From Lingula anatina (taxonomy: Eukaryota; Animalia; Brachiopoda), in the NCBI GenBank assembly GCA_051362555.1, contig CM120640.1, forward strand, positions 36,971,967 through 37,035,966: a stretch of 64,000 nucleotides of DNA, in the 5' to 3' direction. Made by a program: the position numbers and the translations under genes. Shown here piece by piece: positions 1 to 13,621 of the stretch. Position 1 is the first letter of the stretch, and each line of letters starts with the position of its first letter. The notes beneath the pieces are model-generated. The model ran no database searches. It saw only the letters and a program-made list of their open reading frames with translations, and was not told the origin of the DNA.

Positions 1-213
1 CAAACCATTTCAATTTTAAATATCGCCAGGTTTCATAGAAAAGCTTCATTCCAAAAAGAAATTTACACCATTTTTCCAGATTGAACTTGAAACACATCTG
101 TGTAATCTTTTCCCTTTTCCATTTTAATATTGCTGCACTGTGTATTTTATATTTATATGAAAAAATAACGAGGAATTATAAAAATATTTATTCGGATTTG
201 ATATAAGAGATAC

Positions 214-1420
214 ATGAAATTGAGCATGATATATGTCAACCAAAGACCTTGTTGCTTGCAGGCCCATGTCGCACAGTTTCTCCCTGTGTTTCTGAAATGA
301 CAAAATAATTAATAGAAATTTTGATTCAACTGACATAATGAGAACATTTTGACTTATTCTAAAGAAGCGCAAAACATCTTATTTGAACATTTTCTTTTGA
401 AAATATATGAAATAAATTACACATAACTTGGATGAAAGTACAATCAAGTTTTAATATACATGTAGTTGGTTGTGTAATGGAGGGACAGAATACGGCACAC
501 TGGAGACGGTAGTCAACCTGCGTAAAACTTTCATATGTAAACCATCGCTTTATGAGCAAATGACATCTGCGTGAACGTGTGTTGTATTATATATTAAAAC
601 ACTTACCTTACAAAAAGATCCTTGACAGCATGTCAATCTTTAAGCATAAATGGATTGCCCAAGTGTAATCTGAAACAAGCAAGAGAACTTTAATAACTAT
701 GTGGACCCTTATTCTTGTAGTAATAATTATAATGATAAAATGATGTATTTTAAAAATTGCTAATTTTTCCCAGGTGAAATGATAAATCCATTAAATCCAT
801 ACAGTACATAAATATAACCCAAAAGAAATCGTTGAAAAACATCGTAATTATCTTCAAAAGCGACGTTTGAAATGTTAATTCAATTTGCCTTTGAAATTAA
901 AGTACACCTTGATTAGGCAGACTTCTTGTATCCAAAACTCAGAACTATGACAAGTCTTTTTTGTGCAGTTATGCTTATATTTACAAGAACAAAATTTAAA
1001 TGAAGTCAATTAAATTAATTTCCAGGGGTCATACAAAAATTTCACACGTGCAGAACTAAATATAGCTAGTTTGAAAGATTTCAAGCAAACTTATTTTTTC
1101 ATCAATGGTCAGCTGAAAGCACCATTTCTCCTGTACGTTTGTAGTCCCAAAGCATGGTTAACAACATATTCTGACATTGTGATTGACATTCAAGTAACAA
1201 TGAGCATAATATTACAACAAATCGCGCTACTAATATATACAGTAAATTTTCTCTCATTCGGCACCTGTGTTTTCATGAGGGAGGTTATTGAAGAAGTAGT
1301 GCTACTTACCACATACTTGCTTCTACGTCTTATAAAAGCTAAAACTTGTGAATTCACCACACATAATGATGCGTCTTCACTCAACTGTGCCCAACTGCAG
1401 AGTGAGTATTCAGCTTGCAC
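214..1420 (-). other. Possible 5' end of an unidentified spliced gene running off the left edge
   Basis: Minus-strand splice signals: donor GTG|GTAAGT at 1309; exon 669-607 bounded by TTTCAG and AAG|GTAAGT; acceptor CATTTCAG before 291, then ATG at 267 (MGLQATRSLVDIYHAQFH) and donor CAT|GTATCT at 213. No recognisable homology; the upstream boundary (1420) is a guess. Confidence 0.3.
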
Positions 1421-1697
1421 TACGACGGGCAACTTATTGTTATGCAAATTACAACAGCTTTGGCCCATTTTGGGTGAGAGGCTTTGGCTAAAACTGCTCA
1501 CAAATGTTTACTGTCAAAATATCTTGGACATAATAATTCCTTTTTATGTCCAAGAAATATTAACGTACATTTTTGATACAAGTGAAGCCCACTTGTTGTT
1601 AAAATATACTACTTAAACACAAAAACTACTTTTAAAAATCACAATTGAATAAAGCGTTTTTATGACTCTGTCTATATCTTAAAACCTAAGATCCACA

Positions 1698-2134
1698 CCC
1701 AGCAGGCATAGTTGCGTTGGGTCAACGTTGAAAACAGGTTGATATTGAATTGCCGTTGATCTACCTTAATTCAAAGTTAAATCAACGTTGATTCAGCCAC
1801 GTCGAAACACCGTCATAATGTGACGTTGACTCAACGTTGTATTTTGGTCAATGACACAACCTTGCAGTTATGGATTGTAATTTAAAATATTAATTATTGA
1901 AAACGTGATACTTTGTTTATCAATATAATAACAAAAGGGGTTTAAAGTAAAAGTGACAGTTGTTTTGTGTCTTTAGTTAACTAGTGAATTTTCTCAATTT
2001 GTTTTTCAGAAATACAATAAACTGAAATACTTGCAAGGTCAGCTAACACTAGGATGAATAAGTTGATGTAAATGTGATGGAGTTAACAGTTCTTGGTAAC
2101 CTGTTATAGATAGGTTGAGGTGACTGTGACTTTG

Positions 2135-2179
<45 letters not shown>

Positions 2180-2458
2180 AAAAGAACTATATATATTAAT
2201 CTAAACCTTGGAAATTTTAACTTAAAGGCCATACATTGATACCCTACATATATTTAGCCATCAAACATGTGCTACTGCTAAATACATCCAGGCTTATCTC
2301 CCGCTGGGTGGGGTTGATATAACATTGTTTTCTGACGTTGATACAACGTTGTTACCTGAGGTTGACACAACTTTCAAATCCAACGTTTATCCAATGTCTA
2401 CTCAACGTTATGGTTCAACGTTGTTTCAACGTTAAAACAACATAATTTGCCCGCTGGG
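1698..2458. mobile_element. Non-autonomous DNA transposon/MITE, CACTA/EnSpm (CMC)-like
   Basis: Termini CCCAGCAGGCA...TGCCCGCTGGG (imperfect TIR), 3-bp TSD ACA (1695-1697/2459-2461), many subterminal CAACGTTG palindromes at both ends, internal (TA)n. Superfamily inferred from CCC termini, short TSD and subterminal repeats. Confidence 0.75.
2136..2177. repeat. (TA)n microsatellite
   Basis: Pure TA run inside the MITE. Confidence 0.95.
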
Positions 2459-2775
2459 ACAGTATTTTAGGTAATGAAGCCAATCAGTAGAAATAGTTTA
2501 ATATGGGCAGGACAAATGGGTCCTTTCTATATAACTGGACGCTAACATTGTCATCCTGAGCGAAGTTGTATTGGTCACACATGATTTTTTTTACTTTGAT
2601 ACCATTCTTTCTAAATATTTTGTAGGCTTTAAAAGACAGAAGTTCGTTGAAAGAAATATTTTCAATTAGTATATAGAGTTTCAGTTTTGCATGATTTCCA
2701 AATGAGACAACAACGATTACATGGTCATTTTAACACCCCTTCCTGAAAATGATATATCTGAAAATGCCTACTTCG

Positions 2776-2918
2776 CCCTCTACCAATTGTTTTCAGGGTC
2801 CTTCAGCGGGCCCCGAACCCCTCGCCAAGGGGGTGGGGGTGTGGGGGTGGGGGGGTGGCGGGTGGCTTCACAACCGCGGACCCCCCCCCCCCCTTCAAAT
2901 AATCCTGGATCCGCCCCT
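2776..2918. mobile_element. Partial GC-rich MITE end (…CCTGGATCCGCCCCTG)
   Basis: Ends in GATCCGCCCCTG, matching the terminus of the element at 20732-20898; G/C homopolymer runs; left end not found. Confidence 0.5.
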
Positions 2919-3210
2919 GAATATATTTAGGTTTAGAGTTATTTCATGTGCAACTTTTATGAAAAAAATGTAATTTCATTCCAGTTATTAAGAATAATCA
3001 TAACAACCGTAATTGTAATAAACACCATCTTCATCTCCATCTTGCGATCATGGTCATGTGGCTGTCGGAATGTGTTAGCGCAGAAATGTTGAGACTTGAC
3101 AAGCAAAAGGTGTCTTCGCACGAGCATTGAATGTACTTGAGTGGAATGTTTAAACGCGTCTACAGCTGGATTAGTTGGGGAAGGACATCGTTAATTTCTT
3201 TAGGCACTTG

Positions 3211-3525
3211 GTATAAAAGACTGGTGAATCCCTAATTTCGACAAGGGGTCCGCCTTCCTCAAATGGGGCGATGTCGCATGGAAATCGCGTATATTCAACG
3301 AAACCTATAGTCTGAGTCCTAGAATTTGACTTTCGCTGTGTTTTGCGTCAGCGTCGAGTCTGTGCACACCACCGAGTTTACTTTAGACCAAATCTGTTTG
3401 CGATCGTCACCGTCACCGTCACCGAAGAGCCTATTTTGTCTGTGACCTGGGGGCTTTAGTGAAGGAACTCCGCCTGTCACACCAGTTTTACAAAGTGCTC
3501 TCAAGTCTACCGTAGACCTAAAGAG
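3211..3525 (+). promoter_or_regulatory. Putative TATA box and non-coding first exon of the SLC5 gene
   Basis: GTATAAAAG at 3211-3219, CpG-richer segment, strong donor GAG|GTAAGT at 3525/3526; next acceptor TTTACAG at 6148 precedes the ATG exon. Confidence 0.55.
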
Positions 3526-6196
3526 GTAAGTTGTTTTTTAATCAGTTGAAATTTTGTAATGTGCAAAACTGATATTTGTGCAAAACTTCAGTACCTCTCG
3601 TTAACATTGATTTTGATTTCTGCTGGATAAAGAATATTTGAATAGCGGAAATTGGGACACATCTCATAATTTGCTTTGTGACTTTGAATCACTGACGAGG
3701 TTAAAATCGGTCTTGTTATTGGCCAAAACGATAAAAATTATCAACTGAGATAATTTGGGACAAATTCTTGGGGTTTTTATTGTCCTCTGTATTTGGATAG
3801 ACTGAACCCAGTTTCTAAGGATAATTTAGCGTTTAAATAAGCAAAGGATATCATGGTGCAGGACAAATCTCCAGGACACTGAATTCGTGTGTGAAAGTTA
3901 CTGACATACATGTATTAGCTGCATTTCAAGAACATTTTTCTTGCATCTTTTCTTTCGACAGACAAGTCTATTGCTCGAGATTAAAGAAAAATCTCGAAAA
4001 AACCCATCACATTCATTACCAACGGGGATTAATCAAAAATGAACTCCAACATTTGTAAGATGCTATCTGTGCCAAGATAACTTTGCATGGAAAATATCAT
4101 TCTTTCAAGAATTAATTTTATATATTAATCTGGTATTTATTTATTTATTTATCTATTTATTTATTTAGTTTTTGCAATTTAGTCAACGATCATAGACTTT
4201 GTGGTATAACAAGGAGATAAACATTGTTTCTAGTGTCACATAATCCTATGCTTTAAACGCACGAGCGTACGCGCGCCCCGTTTGTGACTGAACACGTGCG
4301 AGTATTTGTGCAATCCATTAGGGAGAGAGTTTCAATTTCTGATTTCAAAATCATTTTTATAACAGCTTAATATCATCTCGTTCAGGAAACCAGATAACAC
4401 AGGTATTAATCTTCTATTATCATGTATTCCTCTACCTCCACAAACAGATTTAATTTGCAGGGCCACGCGGAGAGCACAAATTCCTCCAAGAAGTCACACA
4501 GTTCACGGCATTTGCAGATAAGATTTGGTCACTTTGGTGGTATAACTTAGTATAGATAGTTTTGTTGTCAAAGGCAGTAGATATTCTGCGTCGATGTGCT
4601 TACTGACCTTTATCTAAAGGAAGTCGTTATAATTTGATGGAAAATTAAATAGAAAAAGTCATATAGTTTAATGTGAAAATGATCATAAAGAAAGTCAAAA
4701 AGCGTTGTTGATGTCGCAGGCAAATACTCGTCGTATTTAAATCGCACACAATCTTTTAGATTGAGGCCTGAAAAGAAACATGAAGATTAAGCTGATTTTC
4801 ATACGTTTTCGCTTCAGTTGCGGAGGCCTTCGTCCATTCCTAAATCGACTCTGCCAGATTTCACCTACTCTTTATCTCGGCAAAGTGATATAACAGCATG
4901 TAGCATAGCTGTAGAACGTAAATTAATCATTGGGATGGTTTCGCTGGCTTTATGGCATTTTGTGAGCGTATGAACGTGTTTCATTTTTACTGTTATAGTT
5001 CATTACTGGTTAAAATTTTCATATACCAAAATGTTTTAGTACTGTACCTCCTCTCAGTTATTCCAACACCCCAAATTACTTGAATTCCACAATAATTCAC
5101 TTATAAGTTTCATACAAGGTTGAATACGAATGGAACCTGCTTTTTCAAAAGACAATGAACATTTGTATTAACATGACCAAAAAGAGTACACGCCCATTTT
5201 TCAAGCTCTTCAGTGCAATTATGTTATTTAGATATTTACCCCATCGAAAAAGTAGATCTACAGAAAGTAGATCTTGACCTAGCTATTGGCTTATGCAAGT
5301 CATCGTGTGTTCTATATTCAATGTTTTTTTTATTTATTTTTCAATCATGATCATGCATGAGCAAAGTCGTCAATGAGGACACCTGTGAATGTCGATACGT
5401 CTTCGAGTCGATGCATTTCGTTTCTTTTTAAAGATAATTACATGCCATACGTCTCTAACATTTAAAAGGGACACTGATTTTGTTTCCAAACACCCTGAGA
5501 CCAAGGGCAAATTTTCTCTCCCCTCTTTCTCTCTTTCCATCCATTCTTCATGCATCAAACCAAAGCGAGTGACACACAGTGGGGATTTCTCTCTCTCTTT
5601 TCTCTCCTCCCCTTTTTTCATATTATTTATTTCTTATTTATATATTTATTTATTTATTTGTCGGCAACCTAAATCAAGTCAGTAATAAATTGTTTCGTAA
5701 GTTTATTGTCTCCCATGCCCCAAGCAGGTAAACTCCAATATTGCTGAAGATAAACACCGGCATCAGGGAACACGCATGCAATGGCTCCTAAAGGGGAATG
5801 ATAGCAATATTACTCATTTTATTCTGAGGAAACGAGACACTATTAGCTGAAGTAGGCAACGCGTTTTGATGCCTTATTTTGCATGAACGCAAAAGAGAAA
5901 GTTGACACAATCGTGGATTAAGTAGTTTAAGATGCGGTTAACTGGATAAACTACATATTCTGAAGGATAATCCTTTGCAAACGGTGTGATTAATATGCAT
6001 ATCCACTGCCTGCACGTGAGGTTTATTGACCAATAAAACCATGTCGAGTGTTCTGTCAACTTGGAACTTTCGCGCTACGTCCTTTACTCTGCTACAGTAA
6101 AATGCAAAACGCCCAAATTGTCTTTTCTTAAATACAGATACTTTACAGGTGTCCAACAACGTAAGAATTGTGTTTCCAGCCTCAAACCAAAGAAAC

Positions 6197-8750
6197 ATGC
6201 CACAGGCCCAAGTAAATACTTTCCACGTGGTCGACTACATTGTCTTCGCTGGCACTTTGCTAGTCTCAGCTGGCATCGGCGTTTACTCGGCATTCACGGG
6301 CGGCCATCAGAAAACAACGGCAGAGTTCCTGATGGCCAACAGACAGATGGGAGCCATTCCTGCTTCCATGTCCCTGCTTGCCAGTTTCATGTCTGCCATC
6401 ACGTTGCTGGGGACGCCAAAGGAAATGTACGTGTATGGGACCGAATACCTGTGGCTGGCCTTCAGCTACTTGTTGGTTATTCCGGTAGCAGCACATCTCT
6501 TTCTGCCCATCTTCTTCAGGCTTAAGGTGACCAGTGCCTATGAGGTAAACGATAACTTTAAGTAAAATTTATATTCATGCTCTAATGTAGCCTACATATA
6601 TCGCTTCTCTATAACTGTCTGTTTTACGTGATCAGTTGTTCTGCCGCAATACGGGCCAATGTTTGTCAGAAACGTTGCAATTTTGGTTGAAAAAGTGTGG
6701 CTTATCAGACCACAATTAGCAGATGTTGCATGAACACTTGTTGCTATCACCGAGTCCTTTTCATTATTCTAGTACTTGGAGATGCGTTTCAATAAAGCGG
6801 TGCGCATTGCTGGATCTCTCACTTTTAGCCTGCAAATGGTGAGTAGCAGCTGAAGTACAAAATCGAATGATGAGTTTGCTAACATCTACGTATAAGTAAT
6901 AGTTGAGCTTTATGCAGTTCATTATTTATTGATGCACTAGAAAACATTACGGTGAGCAAATGTCACCAGTTTGAGTTTTCTGCGCTATAGGTTGCCAGTA
7001 GGGTTCATAAGCCAAAATTTCTTCGCATTATGTCTGTATTATGTCAATGTTTACCTATCGGATGAGAGTTACGCCTATTATTCAGGTAATCTGCATCTAT
7101 AGATCCTTGATGCTTCTCCATAAATCAGAACCGAGACCCACCAAATTGGTGGGTACTAGAAGAGATTAAACAAATATTCATTACCGCTTTAGTTTTTTAT
7201 TACACACGAAGCCGTATATCTTTGTTCTCAAATATCACATCCGCGGCGCAATGTAATGTCGATTGAGAAATAGCAGAATATTATTTTTTCAATACACATC
7301 TAATCATAGGGTGCCGGATTGTACAGATAATTTTTACGGATTTCCCATTAAAAACAAACTCTTTTTCTTGTCACTAATTTAATTGAACTCATTGAATATT
7401 TCAGATACTATACATGGCTATCGTACTGTACGCGCCATCTTTGGCATTGGAACAAGGCAAGTTAAACCCCATTCTCATATCATTTCTGGCAATCGTACAC
7501 GAGTAAAACGAATGCATATACGGGTCATTCAAGAAAAATGATAACCGTTTGAGTCGCGCCAGTGACTCACTCATTTTGTGCAATATTTGCACATTTTTGA
7601 CTTTTCCATTATTTTCATTGTTTATACCATAGTATTATTAAATATGGAGGGAAAATGAACAGTGCTTAATAGTTGTTATTAAACGTGACTAAAATGTTCA
7701 CTTTTTGTGAAATGACACAGGCATGCTGGAAGTTTATTTCTACTTACCGTACGAACTACAATTTTTTAGAATCTGAGGCTAAGCAGTAGAGTGTTTAAAT
7801 GATAATCAATATACAGTCAATTTACGTTTTAACACGAGAGCCGTTTAATAAGGTGCTCGATCAAACGGAATATTCATGTGCAGTTAATGTAATTTAAATT
7901 TCAGTGACACAATTAAACAAATGGATCGCTGTTGCGTCTGTGGGTGTCGTTTGCATCTTTTATACAAGCATAGTAAGTTACGTTAACAAAAAGAATTTGA
8001 GGATAACTGAATGACTTCAGTAACGGAAAAATAAGATAAAATAATAAGATAAAATAATAATGATAATAATAACATTTGAAAATCAATTTGGAAAACACAA
8101 GGGGATAAGATGTTCAAATGAATGGGTACGATTAATCTGACATTGTATATTAAAGGAAAATTTAAAAGAAATGTTAAAATCACTTTTCATAGCGTATTTT
8201 GTAGCACTAATTCACCTTTCCCTGCTTCTGAATAATCTGATATCTGATCTGAAATTTGATAATAAGATTTCGAAATAAAGAACATCCGTGGGTTGGTGTC
8301 TTGTTATTTGAATACATAACATGTACAGGTCTAGATTTTAAAGAACGCCATTTACATTTCATTAATTCACTGTTTTCTCCCTAGGGTGGCATCAAGGCGG
8401 TTATGTGGACAGACACCTTTCAGATCTGTATGATGTTTGCCGGTCTGCTGGCGGTACTCATACAGGGGTCCATTGAACTTGGCGGCTTTGGAAACGCTTG
8501 GGAAAAGAACATAGAAGGAGAGAGAATCAATTTTCTTGAGTACGTGGGGATTATTGGTAACATCTAGGGTACCGCTCTCGCACTTAGTTTCACCTATGAA
8601 TGTGTACGAGTCTTGCATTTATCAAATCGGTTAGTTTTACAAGTTTTGTTTGAAAGTACATATACACCTTTAAATAGGACATCCGCAAATTTTTTTAGCC
8701 AGAGTGATTATTTTTACTATTTTATCTGTTCTTCTTTGAATTTTCTCATC

Positions 8751-8797
<47 letters not shown>

Positions 8798-11700
8798 TTA
8801 TTATTATTATTATTATTTATTAAACTTTTAAAAATTATTTTTCAGTTTCAACCCAGATCCCCGTGAGCGGCATACAGTTTGGACGTGTGTGTTTGGCGGG
8901 TTCTTTACCTGGCTGGCTGTGTACGGTGTTAACCAGGCTCAGGTACAGAGAGCTCTCACAGTGGTCGACCTCAAGAGAGCACAAATGTGAGTTCATAATT
9001 CACAGAATATATCCCAAAGAACAACTGCACCCGCAATACACGCAATTTAAATGAAGAGCTATTATAATATATTAGAAGTGCAGTGACATGCGTGCTATTT
9101 ATCGTTGATTTCTTTGGAATGTTAACCTTGGATACAGCGCTTTTAAATCTAAAAAATTAAGTTTATTTGTTGAGTGTCTAGTAATAATAGATCTAGTTCT
9201 ACAAAGACCTACCTAGCGTCTCAAAATAATCTAACGTGTAAAATACCTGTAGAATAAATTAATACTTAATTTGTGCGCCCTTCCCACTTTATTAAAGAAA
9301 TATTTTATATGGGACAGAGTGACAGAATAAATTACTGATTTAAAAAAAATTGATAAGATTTACATACAAACGAAAAAGATGAAAATTAAAAATAAAGGTA
9401 CTGCTTTTTTTCCAGTGCGTACTGGGTTAACGGACCTGGCTTGGGTCTGATCTTGATAGTCAGTGCCATGTCGGGAATACTTATCTATGCACATTACTTC
9501 GACTGTGATCCTAAAACAAACGGGGACATCTCAGACTTGGATCAGGTAAGTAAATAAAAATAATAATGATAAAAATTAAGTGAAAAATGTCCCAGAGCTG
9601 GAAAATGTTTATTTCCCAAGTAATGCTGCTTAGAATTCTATCGCATCAGTATGTTTCATGGCAACATAACTTCAATTCCGTGTTAAGTGATGAATGTTTT
9701 ATTCATTCCACTTAATTGCCATGTATTTTTGGGCATTATATTGGAGATAAATCAAAAGAATCTGAAGTGTCACAAAGGTTCATGTAACCATTTTCCTGGG
9801 GTATTAACATTGTTAAAAAATAAACGTCATTTTCTCCTCAGCTGCTGCCCCTATTCGTTATGGACAAACTTGCATTTTTACCTGGTCTTCCTGGCCTGTT
9901 TACGGCCTGCCTGTTTAGTGGGGCGCTCAGGTAAGAAACCTTAAGAGTACGAAATAATTAACCGAGACATTTTATTGGAGCGTTTTGGCGTATTGACAGA
10001 GGTTTAAGCCAGGCGTTCAACAGTTAGACTTTTGTCTCGGGAGGCGAAAATCTCACGCGAGTTCGCCAGATAGATCTTACTAGAGTTCCCCAGAAAAATA
10101 TCACTAGAGTTCGCCAGAAAGATGCCCCTGGTTTATTCTCGCAAAATATTGCTAAGATTTATGTTATTCTATTGTTTATTCAGTGAAATATATTTACAGA
10201 TAATGAATATAAAAACAAATGTGTATGTATATGATGATTTCAGCACGATCTCGTCGGGACTAAACAGCCTTGCCACTGTGTTCACACTTGATCTCTTTGA
10301 GCAGTTCTGCTGCAAGAACATGTCAGACAAAAGAGCCACCATCACATCCAAAATCATGTGTAAGATACAGTCTCTGTGGTAATATCGTATGTGCGCCGAC
10401 AATATGTTTATTATCATTATTTTCTTATAGCGTTAAATGCCGACGTCTTCTTTGTAAATTCATTCTTAATTTTTTTTTATTAAAACAAACTGTTGCAATA
10501 AGTCACTCGACACAATACATTTAATAATAAGATGCCTAAAATTACTCTACGATTGGTTTCTGAATCGAAGTTATCGACGCCATTAGGATATGTCAGGAAA
10601 ATGGTGCTTTCCCCTTCTTTCTGTTGTATACTTATTTAGAATATTAATTTTAAGTCGTCTTTTTATCTACCCAAGTAACACATTCAGAAGCGATGTAAAT
10701 AGCAAAATGTTTCTGATACAAACCTGTTGTTAACACATTCAAATATGTATTTGTGAATATGCCTCTCTGTTTATTTCTCAATACGTTCTCATACAGCGGT
10801 GGTCTTCGGTATCCTCATGATGGGCCTAACATACGTGGCATCGCTGCTTGGAGGCGTTTTGCAGGTATTTTGCTTCCTTTTTTACTGATAGATTTAAAGA
10901 AAACCCGTCTCAAAATCGTGGGCGCGATCTACCCTTGGTGAGTCTAGCTTTTTGTCAGGACCACCGCAACGAAGGATCGGACCGAAAACGGTCGACATAT
11001 CCTCGATGTAAACGCGACTTGAGATTGGGCGCATAAGTTGAGCTTACGTGGGTACCTTGGCACCAATCAGCATAGGTCTTACTTGCAATACAAACAAAAT
11101 TAAGATTGAAGTTCACGTTTATTTTATGAAGTCCATTCAGCTGAAATTTCGTTTGATAAATTTTATACAGATCCTGACCCGCATTACAAACATGTAGCTT
11201 AATTTTCTTTCCAGGCAGCTTTAGCTCTATTCGGGATGATAGGAGGACCTCTCCTTGGCGTGTTTACACTTGGAATGTTCTTTCCTTGGGCGAACTGGAA
11301 GGTATGAAAAATTGCTTGAGTTATGACGGCGCCTAATGTCCCATTTATTTCAATTTTTCTTTCCCATAAAACCTGTTTATATTTGCGTGCCAGTTAAGTT
11401 TTTCATAAAATATCGTCTTGATTTTGTTGTTCTACATGTATTAATTTCCTCATAGATTAAAATATATATCGCATAACGAAAAATAAACAGATGAATTAGT
11501 TCTGCATTTAAAAGACCGCCTAGATCTATTGTTTTCCGGTTCTACTTTACCAGGGAGCTCTCGCTGGCCTCATCACCGGCCTGGTCATGACGTTCTGGAT
11601 CGGCATTGGTGCTCAGATCTACAAACCAATTCTCTGGACAGCCCCAGTGTCCACTGCTGGCTGTAATGTCGCCAATGCGACCAACTTGACCACTGTCATG

Positions 11701-13038
11701 ACCACCAGTCTCACGGGCGTGACGGCCACTTTGTCCACTACGCCAGTTACGACACCTGAGTACGTATGTAAATGATGCTATGTTAAAATAATTACGTCAA
11801 TTAGTGAGGTTACCTTTATGTTTTTATATGCACATTGCAGCATTTGAACAATGTAGTATGAAAAAAAATCATTTACACAGTATAATTTGGCGGTGAAAAG
11901 GAAAAAAAATATATAAGGGCCGATGACCAATTCCCGAACCTTGGTTAGATATTTGTAGCAATTTTAGAAACCTTTATACATTTTTTGGCAAAACGTGCAT
12001 AGATCTACACACTAACTTGGTGCAACAGATCTAATAACAGACTAACATCATCATGACACTTTATCTTCACTTAATTATCTCCAGAAGACAAGTTATCGAC
12101 ACATTATTTTTCTTTTCTACAGACCTATGCTGGGTGGTTTGTACAATCTTTCTTACTTATGGTACAGTGGATTTGCTGTGTTGGTGGTAGTGGTGGTGGG
12201 GATGTTGGTCAGCGCTGTCACAGGTGAGTATCTTACCAGTACCAGAAGAAGTGAGACAAGAAAGGTGGCATATTGCTGAGCTGGTGGTAAAGACGAGAAC
12301 GTTCTTTTGAGGTGTTAGTTGAGAGGTGGACACTACTACAATATCTTGTTGCTTTTGAATAAGACCCTATTCTAATCAAACTTCAATAAATAAATAAATA
12401 GAAAGAAAAAAATTAGATAAGGGGTCTTAATTCGTCTAATTATTTGGGAACGTTTGACTGTCAAATCGTTGATTATTTTATATAAATTTCAGGGTACACA
12501 GACCCAGAGAAGCTGGATTACCGCCTGATCTGCCCAGTGTTTGACGAGATGTTCTGCTGCTTCCCAAAATCCTGCCTCAAAACTTTCCGCTGTGGAGTCG
12601 ACCACCACCCAGTAGGTTTCATCTAAAGAAACTGTAATGAATTTTTTTCATTTAAAACCATTATAATAACCTACATTATACATTCCAATTTTACTAGTAC
12701 TTGACAAAATTCACGTATACAAATTGTCACATTTTTCTTCACAGGAGAAGTTCCACTACTGCTGTGTCTGCAAGGATGTCGACAAAGATGACATTCAGGA
12801 TGAAGAGATTGTTCTGGAAGCCACTGACCACAAGGATAACAGCGCTGCTCTAAGCCTGACCAACTTGGCATTTGAGAAAGATGAAGAGGCAAATCTAGCC
12901 ACACAGAATGGGCATTTCAAAGGTGGGGATCATCCCCAGAATCACAAGGGGAATGAGGGTGGTAAAAATCACAACCCAGCCACTCAAAATGGTCAACTTG
13001 CTAATGGGGTGGAACTTATCCACATCAAACAATTTTGA
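6197..13038 (+). CDS. Sodium:solute symporter, SLC5A6/SLC5A8/SLC5A12 (SMVT/SMCT-like) subfamily; 15 coding exons
   Basis: Exons approx. 6197-6544, 6773-6838, 7405-7456, 7905-7972, 8385-8539, 8846-8986, 9416-9545, 9842-9930, 10244-10359, 10797-10864, 11215-11301, 11554-11759, 12123-12223, 12493-12611, 12745-13038. Motifs [70 protein letters not shown]. Exon sizes 66/52/68/155/141/130/89 match the SLC5A5/6/8/12 architecture as I recall it. Orthology to one paralog not resolvable by eye. Confidence 0.93.
8751..8818. repeat. (AAT)n followed by (TAT)n microsatellite
   Basis: ATA/AAT tandem run followed by a TTA/TAT run, in an SLC5 intron just upstream of the 8845 acceptor. Confidence 0.9.
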
Positions 13039-13452
13039 TGGCTCTGCTTGCACTAGCACATATGGTCAAAAAAAACTTAAAGATTTTTATTTGTCAGCTT
13101 CAGTTTTTGGATACTTTTTTTGCGTTGTTCAACTCATGTATGGGAAGCCATGCTTGCATGTGGCCTAGGTCATCTTTGGAGTTTCCCATAAAAAAACTTT
13201 GTTTGGTTGGTACTCTCAAACAGTTTGTGAAATAAGAGCTCAAGGCCACATTCTGGTAAAGTAAACAAGATGTCTTAAAACACAAACTGATAATATCACA
13301 AACTGGTAATAAAACCATAAAACTGGTATTATTTTAGATATAAAAAAAGTCGAGTCTCTGCTAAGACTCCTCATGATAATTGCCTCTTTTCTCTTATCAG
13401 AGAACAGAGATGTTATTACATTTCAATGACAGTTTCTTCAGTCAAAAGTTAG

Positions 13453-13621
13453 CAGGCCCGTAGCCAGAAATTTCAAAAGGGGGGTTCTTTTTTCTGAAAA
13501 AGTGGACCTTTTACCATGAAACTTCCATGTACCTTAATTAAATTTCACCCAGAGGGGACCTTTTCCCTGCAAAAAGGGGGGTTCTTTGGAACTCCCCGAA
13601 CCCCCCCTGGCTACGGGCCTG
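13453..13621. mobile_element. MITE with TIR CAGGCCCGTAGCCAG and 5-bp TSD GTTAG
   Basis: Perfect 15-bp TIR (CAGGCCCGTAGCCAG / CTGGCTACGGGCCTG); GTTAG at 13448-13452 and 13622-13626. Confidence 0.85.

Noticed and set aside
1071-1616. 181-aa ORF (+)
   Set aside because: TTG start, no recognisable motif, composition typical of AT-rich non-coding DNA.
8613-8831. ORF with poly-Ile/poly-Tyr
   Set aside because: Translation of the (AAT)n/(TAT)n microsatellite.
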